Source of the DNA: Octopus sinensis
Taxonomy: Eukaryota
Assembly (NCBI RefSeq): GCF_006345805.1
Contig: NC_043004.1
Location: 42,036,001-42,100,000, forward strand
Reading direction: 5' to 3'
Length of the DNA: 64,000 nucleotides
Shown here: piece after piece, positions 14,661-27,625 of the stretch
Layout of the letters: each line of letters begins with the position of its first letter
How positions within the stretch are numbered: position 1 is the stretch's first letter
Position numbers and translations under genes: made by a program
Notes under the pieces: model-generated
Database searches by the model: none
The model's input: the letters and a program-made list of their open reading frames with translations, nothing else
Told to the model about the DNA's origin: nothing

Positions 14661-14984
14661 CATATATATATTGGTAAAAACGGTAAGATAACAAAAGAAA
14701 GAAAGAGACCTCAATATTATGTAAATAGAGGAAATTTATCAGATGGCCAGATAACCGAAGAGACGGTGTTGTGGATTTCCACTTCGGCATTCGAAACTCA
14801 GAGTTTTATCTTGGCTACCGAATAATTGTCACATATTATTTTACAGATATATATACATACATACATATATATATATATATAAATACATATATATATATAT
14901 TATATATATATATATATATATGTATATATTCTTTCTGCTTATGATCTGTTTCATATTGCGTAAATCTACCCTCATGATAAAAAA

Positions 14985-15159
14985 CAACAACGCGAGGACG
15001 TGGAACAAGTATAATATTATTGGACGTTCAGGAAAGAAGGAAAGAAGGAGGGCTTAACGTTTCGAGCGGAGCTCTTCGTCAGAAACATAGGAAAAGGAAA
15101 GATCCAAAGAAGGGAAGATGGAGGGAAAAAATCGCCAACGGTACACACGCGGTCACATT

Positions 15160-15165
<6 letters not shown>
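14985..15165 (-). mobile_element. Penelope-like terminal repeat carrying a minimal hammerhead
   Basis: Homologous to 42590-42800 and 50780-50975; contains an HHR on the minus strand; abuts (TA)n. Confidence 0.65.
15052..15086 (-). ncRNA. Minimal type I hammerhead ribozyme
   Basis: Minus strand GUUU-CUGACGA-A-GAGC(ucc)GCUC-GAAAC-GUU/AAGC: helix I GUUU/AAGC, palindromic ACGU helix III, GUU triplet. Confidence 0.7.
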
Positions 15166-15213
<48 letters not shown>

Positions 15214-16084
15214 TGTATACATAGATGTGTATAATTATTTGTATATTCACGTTATGTGTACTCACAATCATTCTTACAGCAATAGCACTTAAAACCAACA
15301 CGCACACACGCGCACTTATATTCAACACATACACACTAAACGATAAAACCGGATGCACACACAGCATACGAACAGCAGTACACACATAGCAAAAAAAAAA
15401 GAAAAAAGGCATATATAAACATGATTCATGTTTGACGAGCTCACTCCCTATATTTTTATTATTTTATTATTTTATTATTACCTTTTAAACCGAGCGTCAT
15501 GAAATATAACTATTGCAAAGAATGTCTCACTCAGACAGGAATTTAACAAATACTTAGAAAAGGAAATCTGTAAAGTAAAATGATCTGTCGAGACATATGT
15601 AGAAGTCAGATGCTATTATACTCCGTTTAATCAGTCAAATTAGTCAGTTGTATTGTTTTGTGTTTGTGGATAGATTCTCTAATATATATGATTGATTAAC
15701 TAATATATGTTTGGGGAGTGATTCTCTAATATTCGAGCATGAAATATAAAGAGAGGAAGAAAGAAAGAATGGGAGCATTAATATGAGTGCCAGTAGCCTT
15801 TGCGTTGCCCTGTGCAAGTAGAAATGAGATTACTTCATGCTGGGGACTATTCGTGTGTGATGAGTTTGGCCGTCCACGTCATTTCACAATAAATAGCGCC
15901 TGATATGTACGCACGACCGTTCTCTCTTGTTACTTGTATGTTAGTTACTTAGCTGCCTGTTGCTTTCTTCTCTTTGACTGCTTATCTAACTGTCGTTCGC
16001 TCCTGCGTTTAAAATACTCTATTTGTATCTGTAAACCGTGTGCCTTTTAATAGGCCCCAAAACAAATCTGATTAGACTGATCTG

Positions 16085-16511
16085 GGATCTTTTCGGTTTG
16101 AACGGCAGTTTTTAACATAATTTCTAGGTAACTAAAAAATTTTAAACTTCGTATACTGGTAGAATGTGTTTATAAAACATCTTTTTCTCTTGGCTTTGTT
16201 GAGAAAATTCTATACTTTGTAAGATATTTGTTGCTTCTTCAATTTCTGCAATTTCAACCAATCAATGACGTTCATTGAGTTAAAAAAACATTCTGTGCCG
16301 TATGAATATGTCCCTCGTTTAAGAAACAGAATGGGTTTATTTACATTTGTGAAGAAAAAAAGATACCGTCCCCCACCCCTAACCCTAACCCTAACTAACC
16401 CTAACCCTAAAACAGATTGAAATGCAATAGATCGATACTAGAGTCATAATTATGGGTGACAATTTCATATGACACCGCTAGAAAAAACTGCCCTCCAAAT
16501 CGAAAAGATCC
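16085..16511 (+). mobile_element. MITE (same family as 11772), internal CCCTAA repeats
   Basis: TIRs ggatcttttcggtttgaacggcag / ctgccctccaaatcgaaaagatcc; TSD ctgatctg / ttgatctg (7 of 8 match). Confidence 0.9.
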
Positions 16512-17545
16512 TTGATCTGTGTTCGAATTAATGTATAGGCTTGCTCCAAACACGTTTTCACCATCAAGTATCGATTATTAAAGGCAACATTTAAAACTCA
16601 GTTTCGCTAAAATTTGAACACTACTTTCAATTACTTTCGTTTCCCTACGACTACTGATCGCATTACTAAAAACAGCAGTGAAATCTCTCGCATTTCACAC
16701 AACCATTTTAAAAAGGGTAAGATAATGTCGTTCATATATAAATTGAAGAGATGGTCACAGCTACAATGTCGATTAATGTAAGTGCTGAACTTTTGCTAAT
16801 CAACAGCAGCAGCAAATGAAATAGGAGGAAGTAAGTTAACATACTATTTCTTCCTATCTCAACATGTTCTTGTTAATGAAATCGATTTCATTTCAATTAC
16901 TTGAATAAGGTGGTGCAATACCCAACTCTAAAGTTAACAGGCTATCAAATCTCATTATTGTAAAGCCATTCCTCCTAGCTATTTCGTATTTAATAAATCT
17001 TCGATAATTAATACTAAAACAAACATAACAAAAAAAAAAAAGAAATGTTACTGATGCTCAATTATTATTTGACTTTAACTTAATCGTATTAATATAAGAA
17101 AAGAAAAAAAAAATAGTTGTTTATCCTGCTTTTAAATATATCGCTACAATTCACATGTTTATTATTCCTCTCCATAATACACATGTATTTTTATGCACAA
17201 TAAAATTGTTTTTAATGAGAAGATTAAAGTTAACTGTGTGATGAGGTAGTGATGAGATCTTAATTGGATTAGATTTGATTTAGAAAACTGGAACTCAACA
17301 GATGAAATTAATTGGAATTAACTGGAAACCGTTGTCGTAAATTTCATTCTAAGAAAGACAACAACGGACGTAGTTAAAAATAAAACTAGACAGTATTTAA
17401 GTGAAATATAAACAAAATTAAAACAATGAAGCCCAACAACCGTTGTGACTAGATGGACTACCTAAAATAGAATACATACAATCATGCGGGGGCGCGCGCG
17501 CGCGCGCACACACACACGCACATATATACACCATACATATGTGTG

Positions 17546-17593
<48 letters not shown>

Positions 17594-17609
17594 TATGCAT
17601 GTGGGCGTC

Positions 17610-17641
<32 letters not shown>

Positions 17642-17823
17642 TATATATATATAATATATATATATATATATTTATAATATATATGTATTTATATAAATAT
17701 ATATACAGAGAGAGAGAGAGAGAGAGAGAGAAAGAATGAGTGAGATAGATGAATATATATGCATTCTTGTATGTATAACTTATATACACACGTATATATA
17801 TATATAAATATTTCTTTCTCTCT

Positions 17824-17857
<34 letters not shown>

Positions 17858-17874
17858 TGTGTGCGTGTGCGTGT

Positions 17875-17943
<69 letters not shown>

Positions 17944-18359
17944 GTAAGAGAGAAAGAAATCAAGAAAGAACGAAGGAAAGAGAAGGGCGATACAGAATTC
18001 AGAATTTGGCGTTTAGCGATTGTTGTTAGTCTCTTGGCGAATTGAGTCTGCAAATCAGTTTTGATTTCCGGTTGGAACCGCTTCACTTCACTTTGCTAAA
18101 GCTTATACTTTTAATTTCCGTTTCGTAATAAATCTAAGATATCATTATTAATTAAAATGTCATATTTCAATTAATCATGATGTCTTAAGAGAAATTAGAG
18201 TTAAACTTTCTGCTCAACCAAGTTCTTCTTTCCGATGGGATTTTACAGATCTGTGATATTAATAACAACCTGATATTTGAACAAAATCCGTAAAGAATGA
18301 AAGTACTCCTGCTGACAATACACATAGTTATAGAATGTATCCGTTGCTATAATTAGAAG

Positions 18360-19690
18360 CAGGAAGAATGTAGTGAGCTAGCAGAATCATTAAAATGTCG
18401 GAAAAATTTACTCTCCGTTATATGTCCCGCCTCTTTATAATCTGAGTTCAGTTCCTCTTGGAGACACCTATGCGCTTTTCCCTTTCGAGGTCGATAAAAT
18501 AAAGCTCCAGTCATGTACTGAGATCAATGATACCTATACGCTTTTCCCTTTCGGGGTCGATAAAATAAAGTTCCAGTTATGTACTGGGGTCAATGATACC
18601 TATGCGCTTTTCCCTTTCGGGGTCGATAAAATAAAGTTCCAGTCATGTACTGAGGTCAATGATGCCTATGCGCTTTTCCCTTTCGGGGTCAATAAAATAA
18701 AGTGCCAGTCATGTACTGCGGTTTATGATATCAGGTAGCATCCTCCCCATAAGGTTTCAGGCCATGTGAAATAATTTCCAACTGAGGCCGATTTTCCTTT
18801 TATTCTTTCAGGGTCGATAAAATAAATACCAGTTGAGCACTGCGGTCAATATAATCGAGCTGGCCTTCCTCCGAAATTCCAGCCCTTATCCTTACATAGA
18901 ATGGCTTATGTGAAGCAGGAAGTAGGTGGCGAGCTAGAAAAATCGTTAAAGCGTCGGATCAAACGGCTCTGCAGTATTTGCATCGATTCTTTATATTCGG
19001 AGTTCAAATCTCGCCGAGGTCAACTAATATTTTCGAGATCGATAAAATAAAGTTGAAACTCTTTACTGGAGTCTATGGTGTTGGCTAAACCCCCTCGTGT
19101 GCTAAAATTACAAAGCTTTATTGGAAGGAAGCAGTGGGTTTGCAGAATCCATTGAGCACCGAAGGTAACTGCTCCTTCATTTTACATTCTGAATTTAAAT
19201 CCTGCCCTGGCCAACTTTGAATTACCTCCTTACGGAAGTCAATAGTTTCGACTAACACTTTCCATTAATAATTGTTGGTCTTGTGCCTAAATTAGAAACC
19301 ATGATTTTAAAACTGTGAACCGGAAGAAAAGCTAGCTTGTTGGGATAACTACGTTCTGAGTTCAATACGTGCCGGAGCCAACATTGCCTTTCATCGTCCC
19401 GGAGTTGATAAAATAAAGCACTAGAATAGTACTGGTATCGATGACATCGACTTACTACTTATCTCCAAAATTGGTGATATTTTCCTTAAAGATAAACCAT
19501 TATTAAGAATAGGAAAGGCGGCAAGCTGACAGAATCGTTAGTAGAACGGAGAAATTAATCTTTGTGGCATATTTTCGTCTTGAGTTCGAATTCCGCCAAA
19601 GTTGACATCACCTTTTATCCTTTCGAGGGAGATAAAATAAGTAGATGAGCAGTTCCCAAAATTTCAAGCCTTGTGTTTATAACAAAAATG
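18360..19690 (+). mobile_element. Cluster of degenerate SINE family A copies
   Basis: Repeated gcagaatc..ttctgagttcaaat..gtcgataaaataa motifs, about six copies in the same orientation. Confidence 0.75.
18467..18730 (+). repeat. Four tandem 66-bp units derived from the SINE A core
   Basis: Units start at 18467, 18533, 18599 and 18665 (cctatgcgcttttccctttcggggtcgataaaataaag.tccagtcatgtactg.ggtcaatgata). Confidence 0.9.
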
Positions 19691-19796
19691 TTATTAGAAG
19701 TAGAATGGTGACGGTGATGATAGTGAGTAAATTGTTAAAATGCTGAGCAAAATGGTTTGCGATATGTAGTTACATCGTAATGCTGTTTGTATATAT

Positions 19797-22700
19797 AGTA
19801 GAGAAGGATGATGGTGTAGGCATCTCTACACCGGAAAGTTCTCAGAATCCAGGAGCACATCTTGTGGGCCAAGTCAACCTTGCTGTTTACGTGGGAACTC
19901 CAGCTTAGATTGTTATCAACAATTACTCCAAGGTCTCTGGTGTTGTTGGATGACACTGGGGAGTCGCCAGAGGGAAGAGCGTATGGTAATTTCAGAGCTT
20001 CCTCTTTTCCGAAGTGGCTCAGATCAAACTTATCTTCATTTAAAAGCATATTGTTTTTATCCGCCCATTGGACAATAGCAAACAGATCTAACTGAAGGCA
20101 TGTTCGGTCTCCCATGCTGTTTATGGCTTTCTGGAGTTTGGAATCATCTGCAAAGATTTTCAATGTAGAATGTTTGATGACACCTACTATGTCGTTGATG
20201 TATATAATGAAGAGGAGTGGGCCCAACACAGTACCTTGTGGGACGCCACTACTGATTTTGGCTGAGCTGGATCGTATTCCCTCAAACACATGTGTTTTGT
20301 TCGTGAGGAAACACTTTATCCACTGCAGCAGCTTTCCACGGACTCCAGTGAGGGGCAGTTTCTTCAGCAGGATTTTGGGGTCCACTCTGTCAAATCAAGG
20401 CATATGACGTCAGTGTTGGAGCCTTCTCCCAACGCTTTTAAGATGTCATTAAAATGGTGCAGAAGCTGCCACAGGCAGTCCCTGCCATTACGGAAACTAT
20501 GCAGGTTGTGGTTCAACAGATTGTTGTCTTCGAGGAAGTGAGTTCTTCGCGTTCTCACCACCCTCTCAAATAATTTAAGGATATGAGAAGTGTGTGAAAT
20601 CGGACGATTGTCCACTGCAAGAGATTTTTTTCCTTTTTTGGAGACTGGAACGACAGACTGGGAAAGAAAATGATTATGAATGTAGCCTGGATCAAGTGAA
20701 TTTCTCCAGAGCTCAGATGGAGGGGGTGCAATTTGATGACGACACATCTTCAGGACAGTGACCGGGATCTTATCGGGACCGAGTTGTGCTTGATCTTATC
20801 TATTTCTGTTAGGCTATCAGGAACACTAATAGTTATGTCAGATATGGTTAGTTGAGGATTTACATCATTGATTCTAGCCAGATCAACCGCATTAGCGTTA
20901 CTGAAGACAGAGCAGTATTGTCTCTGCAGTATCTCGCACATGGATTTTGCATCATCATGTAGCGTGGTTTTCTCATCAGCCAGAGGACCAACAGAAGAAA
21001 CAGCGTCTTTATGTTTTTTTGCAAATGAAAAGAACATTTTGGGATTGAGTTTTATATTCTCAATGGCCCAACTCTCCTCAGATGCTCTTTGTCTGTTAAT
21101 GATGGTTATCATGCTTTTTTGGAGGTTGTGTTTTTCGATTCGAGTGATGCAATGGCAGTTAAATGGGTGCGTTGCTGATGGCAGTATTTAAGTTGGTTGA
21201 CTTTTTTTTGTTAATTCTTTTTATTTTTCTGATAATTGCTCTTCTATTTCGAGGAAATAGATTTGTATACTGATCTTAATGGAGTATGCTTGCGCATATA
21301 TTTGTTGCACTATCTACAAATGTCTGCCATGATATGTTTATGCTGGAGGCGGGGGTATGCCTGCGTGGAAGCCCAATCAACTTGTGAAAGATCATGATTG
21401 ATCGCATCCCAGTCTGCGTTATGAAGATCCATAGTGTCAAATGGATGGACTGGAGAGATGTCACTGGATTTGATCTTTGGGTGGTAGAATCTCAGATCGC
21501 AGAGAACCATGTCATGTTCTGAGAGTAATGGCGTTTTTTCAACTGCAATATTGAGGATAATGTCAGTGTGGTTACTGAGCACTAGGTCCAAGGTGTTTTT
21601 GTGGCACCTTGTTGGTTCACAAACAAGTTGGGTCATGAAAAACTCATCCATGAAATCAAAAAGCAATTGGATTGCTTCCTTATCAGGGGTTGAGGTGGAA
21701 AAGCCTGATTTCAATCTGTTTGCGGGCCAATCAACACTGGGAAGGTTGAAGTCCCCCCATCATTAATATGTTGTCATCATGATACTGATGGGTGAAACAC
21801 TTAATACTGATGAGGCATTCCTTGAAGCGTAGTAAAGGAGTTAGGGGTGGCCGATAGAGCCCAACTACTATTAACTTGTCGGTTTTACTATACACAGAAG
21901 CTGCTACACAGTAGCCGTTAGTAAATACGTCCATTGCTTCAGCCGAAAAAGAATCATGCACGAAAAGGCCCCACCCTTTCTTCTGCCGACACGATTTGCA
22001 CGGATGGCTGTACAATTCTTCACTACCACCTCAGCTTCCAAGTGGAGGTTATTGAAATGGGTCTCTGCGAGGACGAAAAAAGTGATATGGCGTCGATGGT
22101 CATTAACCCAGTCCTCGATAAATTGGATCTTCCACTTTTGGTCATTAGTTGAAGGGCTGATGTCTTGTGCATTGAGCAAAAATGTTGAGGCGATAGTGGT
22201 TACTGATTTTGACTGTTTTGGTGATTTGTTTGTTAATGGCAGCAATGGGAGTTTGTGCAATAGGGTGCTGGTGGAGGGTGGCATTGTGTGACGGCCAGAA
22301 AATTCTTTTGTAGCTCTTTTGCCAGATTCCTTATGGTTAAAAAAGAACTCTGTTAGGAGAACTGAGAATGTTTGTGGTTGTGGTTTTGTACTGGTTAGGA
22401 GGTCCCGTTTATATTTTTTATTTGTGCGACAAGTCCCCGGGACTTAGGTAAATGGACAATTATGCTGTAGACACAATCTGTTACGCTGGGAATAACAGCA
22501 GACTTTAAGGTTCCGTGTAGCATGAGTGGTCTTTTTCAAATTTCATTTAGTATTTGGTGAGGGTGGTGGCGGTGGTGGTAGCGGCTTTGTTTTTTGTTTT
22601 AGATTGTGCACTTTGATTGTAGTGGCTGTTGTGAGTAGGAATTGAACGTCTAGTCCCTGGTAAATGAGTGAAATAGCAAGCAGTGTCAGTGCGTAGTGAA

Positions 22701-23290
22701 TAGCGGCATATTTTGGGCTTTCGTGTGTAGGCTGCGAGGAGCATAGCATTAATTTGTGTACATTTGTGTTTGGCAAATTCAATAAGGGGTCTTCAAGTAA
22801 GCATTTAGTAGGTTGATCACAAATTGGGATAGTAGTAAGTTGAAGCTGTGTCTGTTGCTATTTTTGAGGTGGTTGTTGTAGCTGTAGTTGTTGATGTTGG
22901 GATTTTTATTGCTGTAATTGTTGCTGCTGTTGAAGAGTTGATGGGTGATCAACAAACTCTCGTTGAATGGACTGTGAACAGCTGGAATCTGAGAAACTGA
23001 TCGTTTCATTAAGTAGATCATCAATTGTGGTTGAATTAAGGAGTGTTAAAGGTTGAAGCTGGGTCAGTTGTTCCTGCTGTGGTTGTTATTGTTGTTGTTG
23101 CTGTGGTGATTGTTGTTGTTGTTGCCGAGGTGGTTGCTGTTGTTGTCGTGGTTGTTGTTGTTGCCATGATGGTTGTTGGTGTTGTTGTTGCCATGATGGT
23201 TGTTTGTGTTGTTGTTGTTGTTGAAGAGAAAACTCGTTGGAGTTTTCAAAATGTCTATTAATGAATTAAAATGCCATTTCAATTTGTTTA
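19797..23290 (-). mobile_element. Degenerate CR1/L2-type LINE: ORF1 relic, APE endonuclease and RT, 3' truncated
   Basis: APE motifs (FFVLAETH, GRRKGG, GLYRPP, GDFNLP, EPTR..NTLDLVLSN, SEHDMV) at 21310-22284; RT motifs (RPISHTSHILKLFER, GVPQGTVLGPLLF, FADDSKL) at 19800-20750; many stops and frameshifts. Confidence 0.9.
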
Positions 23291-24217
23291 AGTTTGTATT
23301 GAATCTGCTTCTCGGAGCGATTTCTGAAAAGTCGAATGGTATGTCTGGTTATTAGGTCGAGACATGATGTTTCTGTATTCCGTTTTGACAAAATAGTTCT
23401 ATGAATTTATCACAAGGTCTATTTAATTCTCAGACCAATTTTGTTCAGATTTTTGTTATTGAGTAGTCATCTTGGAATTTAAAAAAATAAATATATTTGT
23501 TTGTTAATTATTGATTTACTCCTTGCGTTAGTGTTTAGTTGTGTAGAAACGTATGCTATAGTAGTAAAGAATTAGTGCGTAAACGGAACCCTTCACCCCT
23601 TTAATTTTTTTTAGGGAATTAGTTTATGAGATTCCGATTCTAAAAAGAAAAAAAATTTCAATCATCGCAACTTCAAAATTTCAACTCCCCCCCGCCACCA
23701 TTTCTTCATTTTTCACTTTTACCGGAAATTTATATTTGCGAAATACGTACAAAAATACGGAGATTATGATTCTGAAGAAAAAAATTGTTTGGAAAATTTC
23801 AATTAAAAAAGACAAAAAAAGTTACCCACCTCTCTCCTCTCGATTCTACGGCCTTGGCCTTGAAGCAGGCTATTCACATGCTAGAAATGACAGCCAAATC
23901 TCACAAAACTGCGATAACATAATGAAAGAAATATGCAATCAATCTACCCATCTTTCTGCAAAGATTTCTTTCGGAGTAATTTCCCGCAGTAATATGACAA
24001 AGTAAAATTAAAATGTTTATTTTAGGAAATATTGAAGCAGCTTGCTTCAGAGAAAATAATGGATATTTTGAAAACAAACGGAATTATTGCCACAAGTAAA
24101 ACATGTGTTTGCATACACGATATGAATGAACACTTTCATTTCACTTTATTTCTTTGCTATTTTTAATTTTCTTTTTTTTTAAAGAGTTTGCTGTTATTTT
24201 TGCACTCATATTTTTTT

Positions 24218-24292
<75 letters not shown>

Positions 24293-24378
24293 CATTAATA
24301 AATCAGTGACTGTGGTAGCTGGGAAAAACATTAAATATTATTTGCAAAGGTCTCCTTCATCGAAAACCGGTGTTTACC

Positions 24379-24425
24379 ATACGCTGACGAGAGGCAAAAT
24401 CCTTGAAAGTATAGTCCATATGTAT
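24379..24425 (+). ncRNA. Degenerate type I hammerhead motif
   Basis: AUACG-CUGACGA-GAGG(caaaau)CCUU-GAAA...AUA/UGUAU: helices I and II pair, but helix III has a G-A mismatch next to the core. Confidence 0.5.
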
Positions 24426-24722
24426 CACTTAGGTTTTCGAGGGAGGATGACCTCCCTTTGCAAATATCATAAGGGCACAGAAATTGTGTCTAAGGCCAGC
24501 TGGGGACGTCGATCTCCTGGGGCTAAAAGCGACAGTAACACCCACCCCCAGTGGCTAGCTACATTCAGATGGCTAGTACACTTTACGTTATATATATATA
24601 TATATATAATTTGAAATTAATAATCGAAGGCTAAAATTTATTAATTAAATTAATCAATTAATTAACAATTTTACCAAGTAGATCGGTACGTTAAAATAAC
24701 TTTTATAGGTAAAATAATCCAC

Positions 24723-24895
24723 ATAATTATAATTAGGGTTCAGCTAACTGCTTCATCACATACCGAAATTAGAAATAGGAGTTAAAATTCCCTTTCTGCT
24801 ACTATAGGAACCTTATAGTAGCAGAAAGGGAATTTTTAACTCCTATTTCTAATTTCGGTATGTGGTGAAGCAGATAGCTGAACCCTAATTATAAT

Positions 24896-24898
<3 letters not shown>
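24723..24898. repeat. Near-perfect palindrome (84-bp arms, 7-nt spacer ggaacct)
   Basis: 24723-24806 is the reverse complement of 24814-24898; the arms are homologous to the repeat at 35588-35660 and 36183-36250. Confidence 0.95.
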
Positions 24899-24958
<60 letters not shown>

Positions 24959-25102
24959 ACACACACATACCACGGGAATCCGCACAAATCTCGTCTATCC
25001 CGTTCACTCACAAATCATTGTCGAAGCTATTCTACCGAGGAACTTAAGCGGAAGCTATGTGAACGCAAAGTTTATTTCTTAATCACACAACCATCTCTCT
25101 CT

Positions 25103-25680
25103 GTATGTATGTATGTATGTATGTATGTATGTATGTATGTATGTATGTATGTATGTATGTATGTATGTATGTATGCATGCATGCATGTATGTATGTATGT
25201 ATGTATGTATGTATGTATGTATGTATGTATGTATGTATGTATGCATGCATGCATGTATGTATGTATGTATGTGTGTATGTGTGTATGTATGTATGTATGT
25301 ATGTATGTATGTATGTATGTATGTATGTATGCATGCATGCATGTATGTATGTATGTGTATGTATGTATGTATGTATGTATGTATGTATGTATGCATGCAT
25401 GCATGTATGTATGTATGTATGTATGTGTGTATGTGTGTATGTATGTATGTGTGTATGTATGTATGTATGTATGTATGTGTGTATGTGTGTATGTATGTAT
25501 ATGTGTATGTATGTATGAATGTGTGTATGTATGTGTGTATGTATGTAGTTATGTATGTATGTATGTATGTATGTATGTATGTATGTATGTATGTACGTAT
25601 GCATGTATGTATGTGTGTGTGTATATATGTATATATGTGCGCGTGTGTTTGTGCGTGTGTATGTGTGTATGTATGTATGC
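25103..25680. repeat. (TATG)n microsatellite with periodic CATG interruptions
   Basis: Seen directly; source of the HTYI/MYVC ORFs. Confidence 0.95.
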
Positions 25681-26619
25681 ATGTATGGCACACACACACA
25701 CATAAACGTATAGACATATACATCAGTACGCAGAGAGAAACTGTAATGTAAAAATACTGAGGTATTCTAGAAAATGAGTGTACATAAATATGTATTTGAT
25801 GCTAGTCTGCTTGTGATTATATAGGTGTTTCACGTAATTATAACATGTGCGTGAGTGCATGTGCGTGAGTGCATGTGCGTGAGTGCATGTGCATGTGATG
25901 CGTGCGTATGCATATGTCTGTGTGTGTTTGTGTGTGTGTTTTGTTTACAAAGGACTGAATATCTTCCCAGGAAGTTAAGCGAGTTCATATCCGTTACAGT
26001 CAGTATTTCAACAAAATATATATTTTGAAATATGTGTTTCCGTATACCTCGATAAAAAAAAAAAACAAAAAAAAAACGCGATGCGCAATTTCCATGTAAA
26101 AGGTCACTACACATACAGGTAACAAAAATAAAAATAGGTATTTGCAAATTAATCATTAAAAAATAAATAATCAGTATATATGTATGCGCAGGCGCAGCAA
26201 ACAACACGCAATTTTTTTTTTCTTTAATTATAACATTCGAATTTCGTACTAATTCTGTTCGTTCTTCTGCTTTCTCGTCGTCCCTTTCTCCAGCACTTTA
26301 CCCAATCTTATTTAGCGAAACCCTTAAACTCTTTTACTTTCCTGTGATCATTCACGTTGTTCGTTTTCCCTTTCTTCATCCTCTTCTCTTCAATCCTTCC
26401 ACTCCACAGTAGTTCCCACTCTTCCTCGCCGACTCAACTCCACTACCACGTCTTTTTCTCCTTCATATCCTTCCATTCGCCCTATTCCAATTCTTCCTCC
26501 GCCTCCTCCCCTTCACATTTCTCCCTTTCTCCTTCTCCACGCTTCTCCTTCTCGTTCGTTATGTCTTGCGAAATTCTTCCTTCTCATCTCGCCCTCCTCT
26601 CTTTTTTCCTTGTACTTTT

Positions 26620-26837
26620 ACTTTTCCTTTTCATCCTCCTCCTTTTCCTCTTCCTCCTCCTCCTCCTCCTTCCTCCTCCTTTTTCTCTTCCTTTTCTCAT
26701 TCCTCCACCTTTTCCCCTTCCTCCTCCTCTGCTACATCATCCTTTCCTCCTCCTCTGCTACATCATCCTTTCCTCCTCCTCCGCTACATCATCCTTTCCT
26801 CCTCCTCCTCTTACTCCCCCTTTTCCTCCTCCTCCTC

Positions 26838-26935
<98 letters not shown>
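26620..26935. repeat. Compound (CCT)n/(CTG)n/(CTA)n repeats including three 27-bp units
   Basis: Seen directly. Confidence 0.9.
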
Positions 26936-26936
<1 letters not shown>

Positions 26937-27429
26937 TCACATTTGTTCAACTACATCAGTACCATCCCACTCAATACGATATCATATATATATTTTCGCG
27001 GCGTGCTAACGAATCTGCCAGCTAACCGCCTTGGGGAATGATGTACCAACACGGGCAGACATTTATCAAGATAAATCATTGGTATGTACATCGGCACCCG
27101 AAACGTCAATTTCACCGTAGGCTAGGGCACCGTCGTTGGTTGATAGACTGAGTGTCCTGATGAGTTTAGTGCTGCTAGTTTACCATGAAGGAGGTGGGTG
27201 CAGGGGAACGAAACAACCCTGCACGAACTCGTTCAGTAACTCAGCTGTCTTTGAGCGTTGGACTTATCAGGTATCAGCTTAATTTACCATATGTAATACT
27301 TCATCAGCTTGTTTCGATCACACATAGAAAAAAGTTTTGTTTGCGGTGGCTTTGGTAAACGGCCTTCAATGGTGAGCAAAACAGAAAAGATTGAAGACTG
27401 AATGTAAGGTCTTCAGACCAAGCATTCGT

Positions 27430-27625
27430 ACATTTTTTCGCAGCTGTACTTATTCTATCTGCCGCTTTTGGCAAATCGATAGGTTACAGGGACCCAACCA
27501 CACGACCAACGATTATCAAATGGTGGTGGGGACAATTAAAAATACATGCACAGACACGCACACACACACACACACACTGACGCATACACTCATCCACACG
27601 CACACTCACTCCCTGCACACAAACA
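27430..27625 (-). mobile_element. SINE family B 3' half, degenerate
   Basis: gtacttattctat..cttttggcaaatcg..agttacagggac matches the reverse complement of the family B tail. Confidence 0.7.

Noticed and set aside
16377-16410. CCCTAA repeats as a telomere or chromosome fusion scar
   Set aside because: They are an internal part of a MITE and recur at the same position in all three copies.
25072-25751. 200-aa HTYI/MYVC ORFs (and similar YI/VC ORFs across the window)
   Set aside because: Translations of TATG/TA/TG microsatellites.
26357-27041. 143-222-aa S/P/L/T-rich ORFs
   Set aside because: Products of CCT/CTT/CTA simple repeats.
27090-27260. CUGAUGA (27157) ... GAAAC (27210) and a nearby GAAACGUC
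   Set aside because: No helix I partner after any NUH triplet; at best a very decayed relic.
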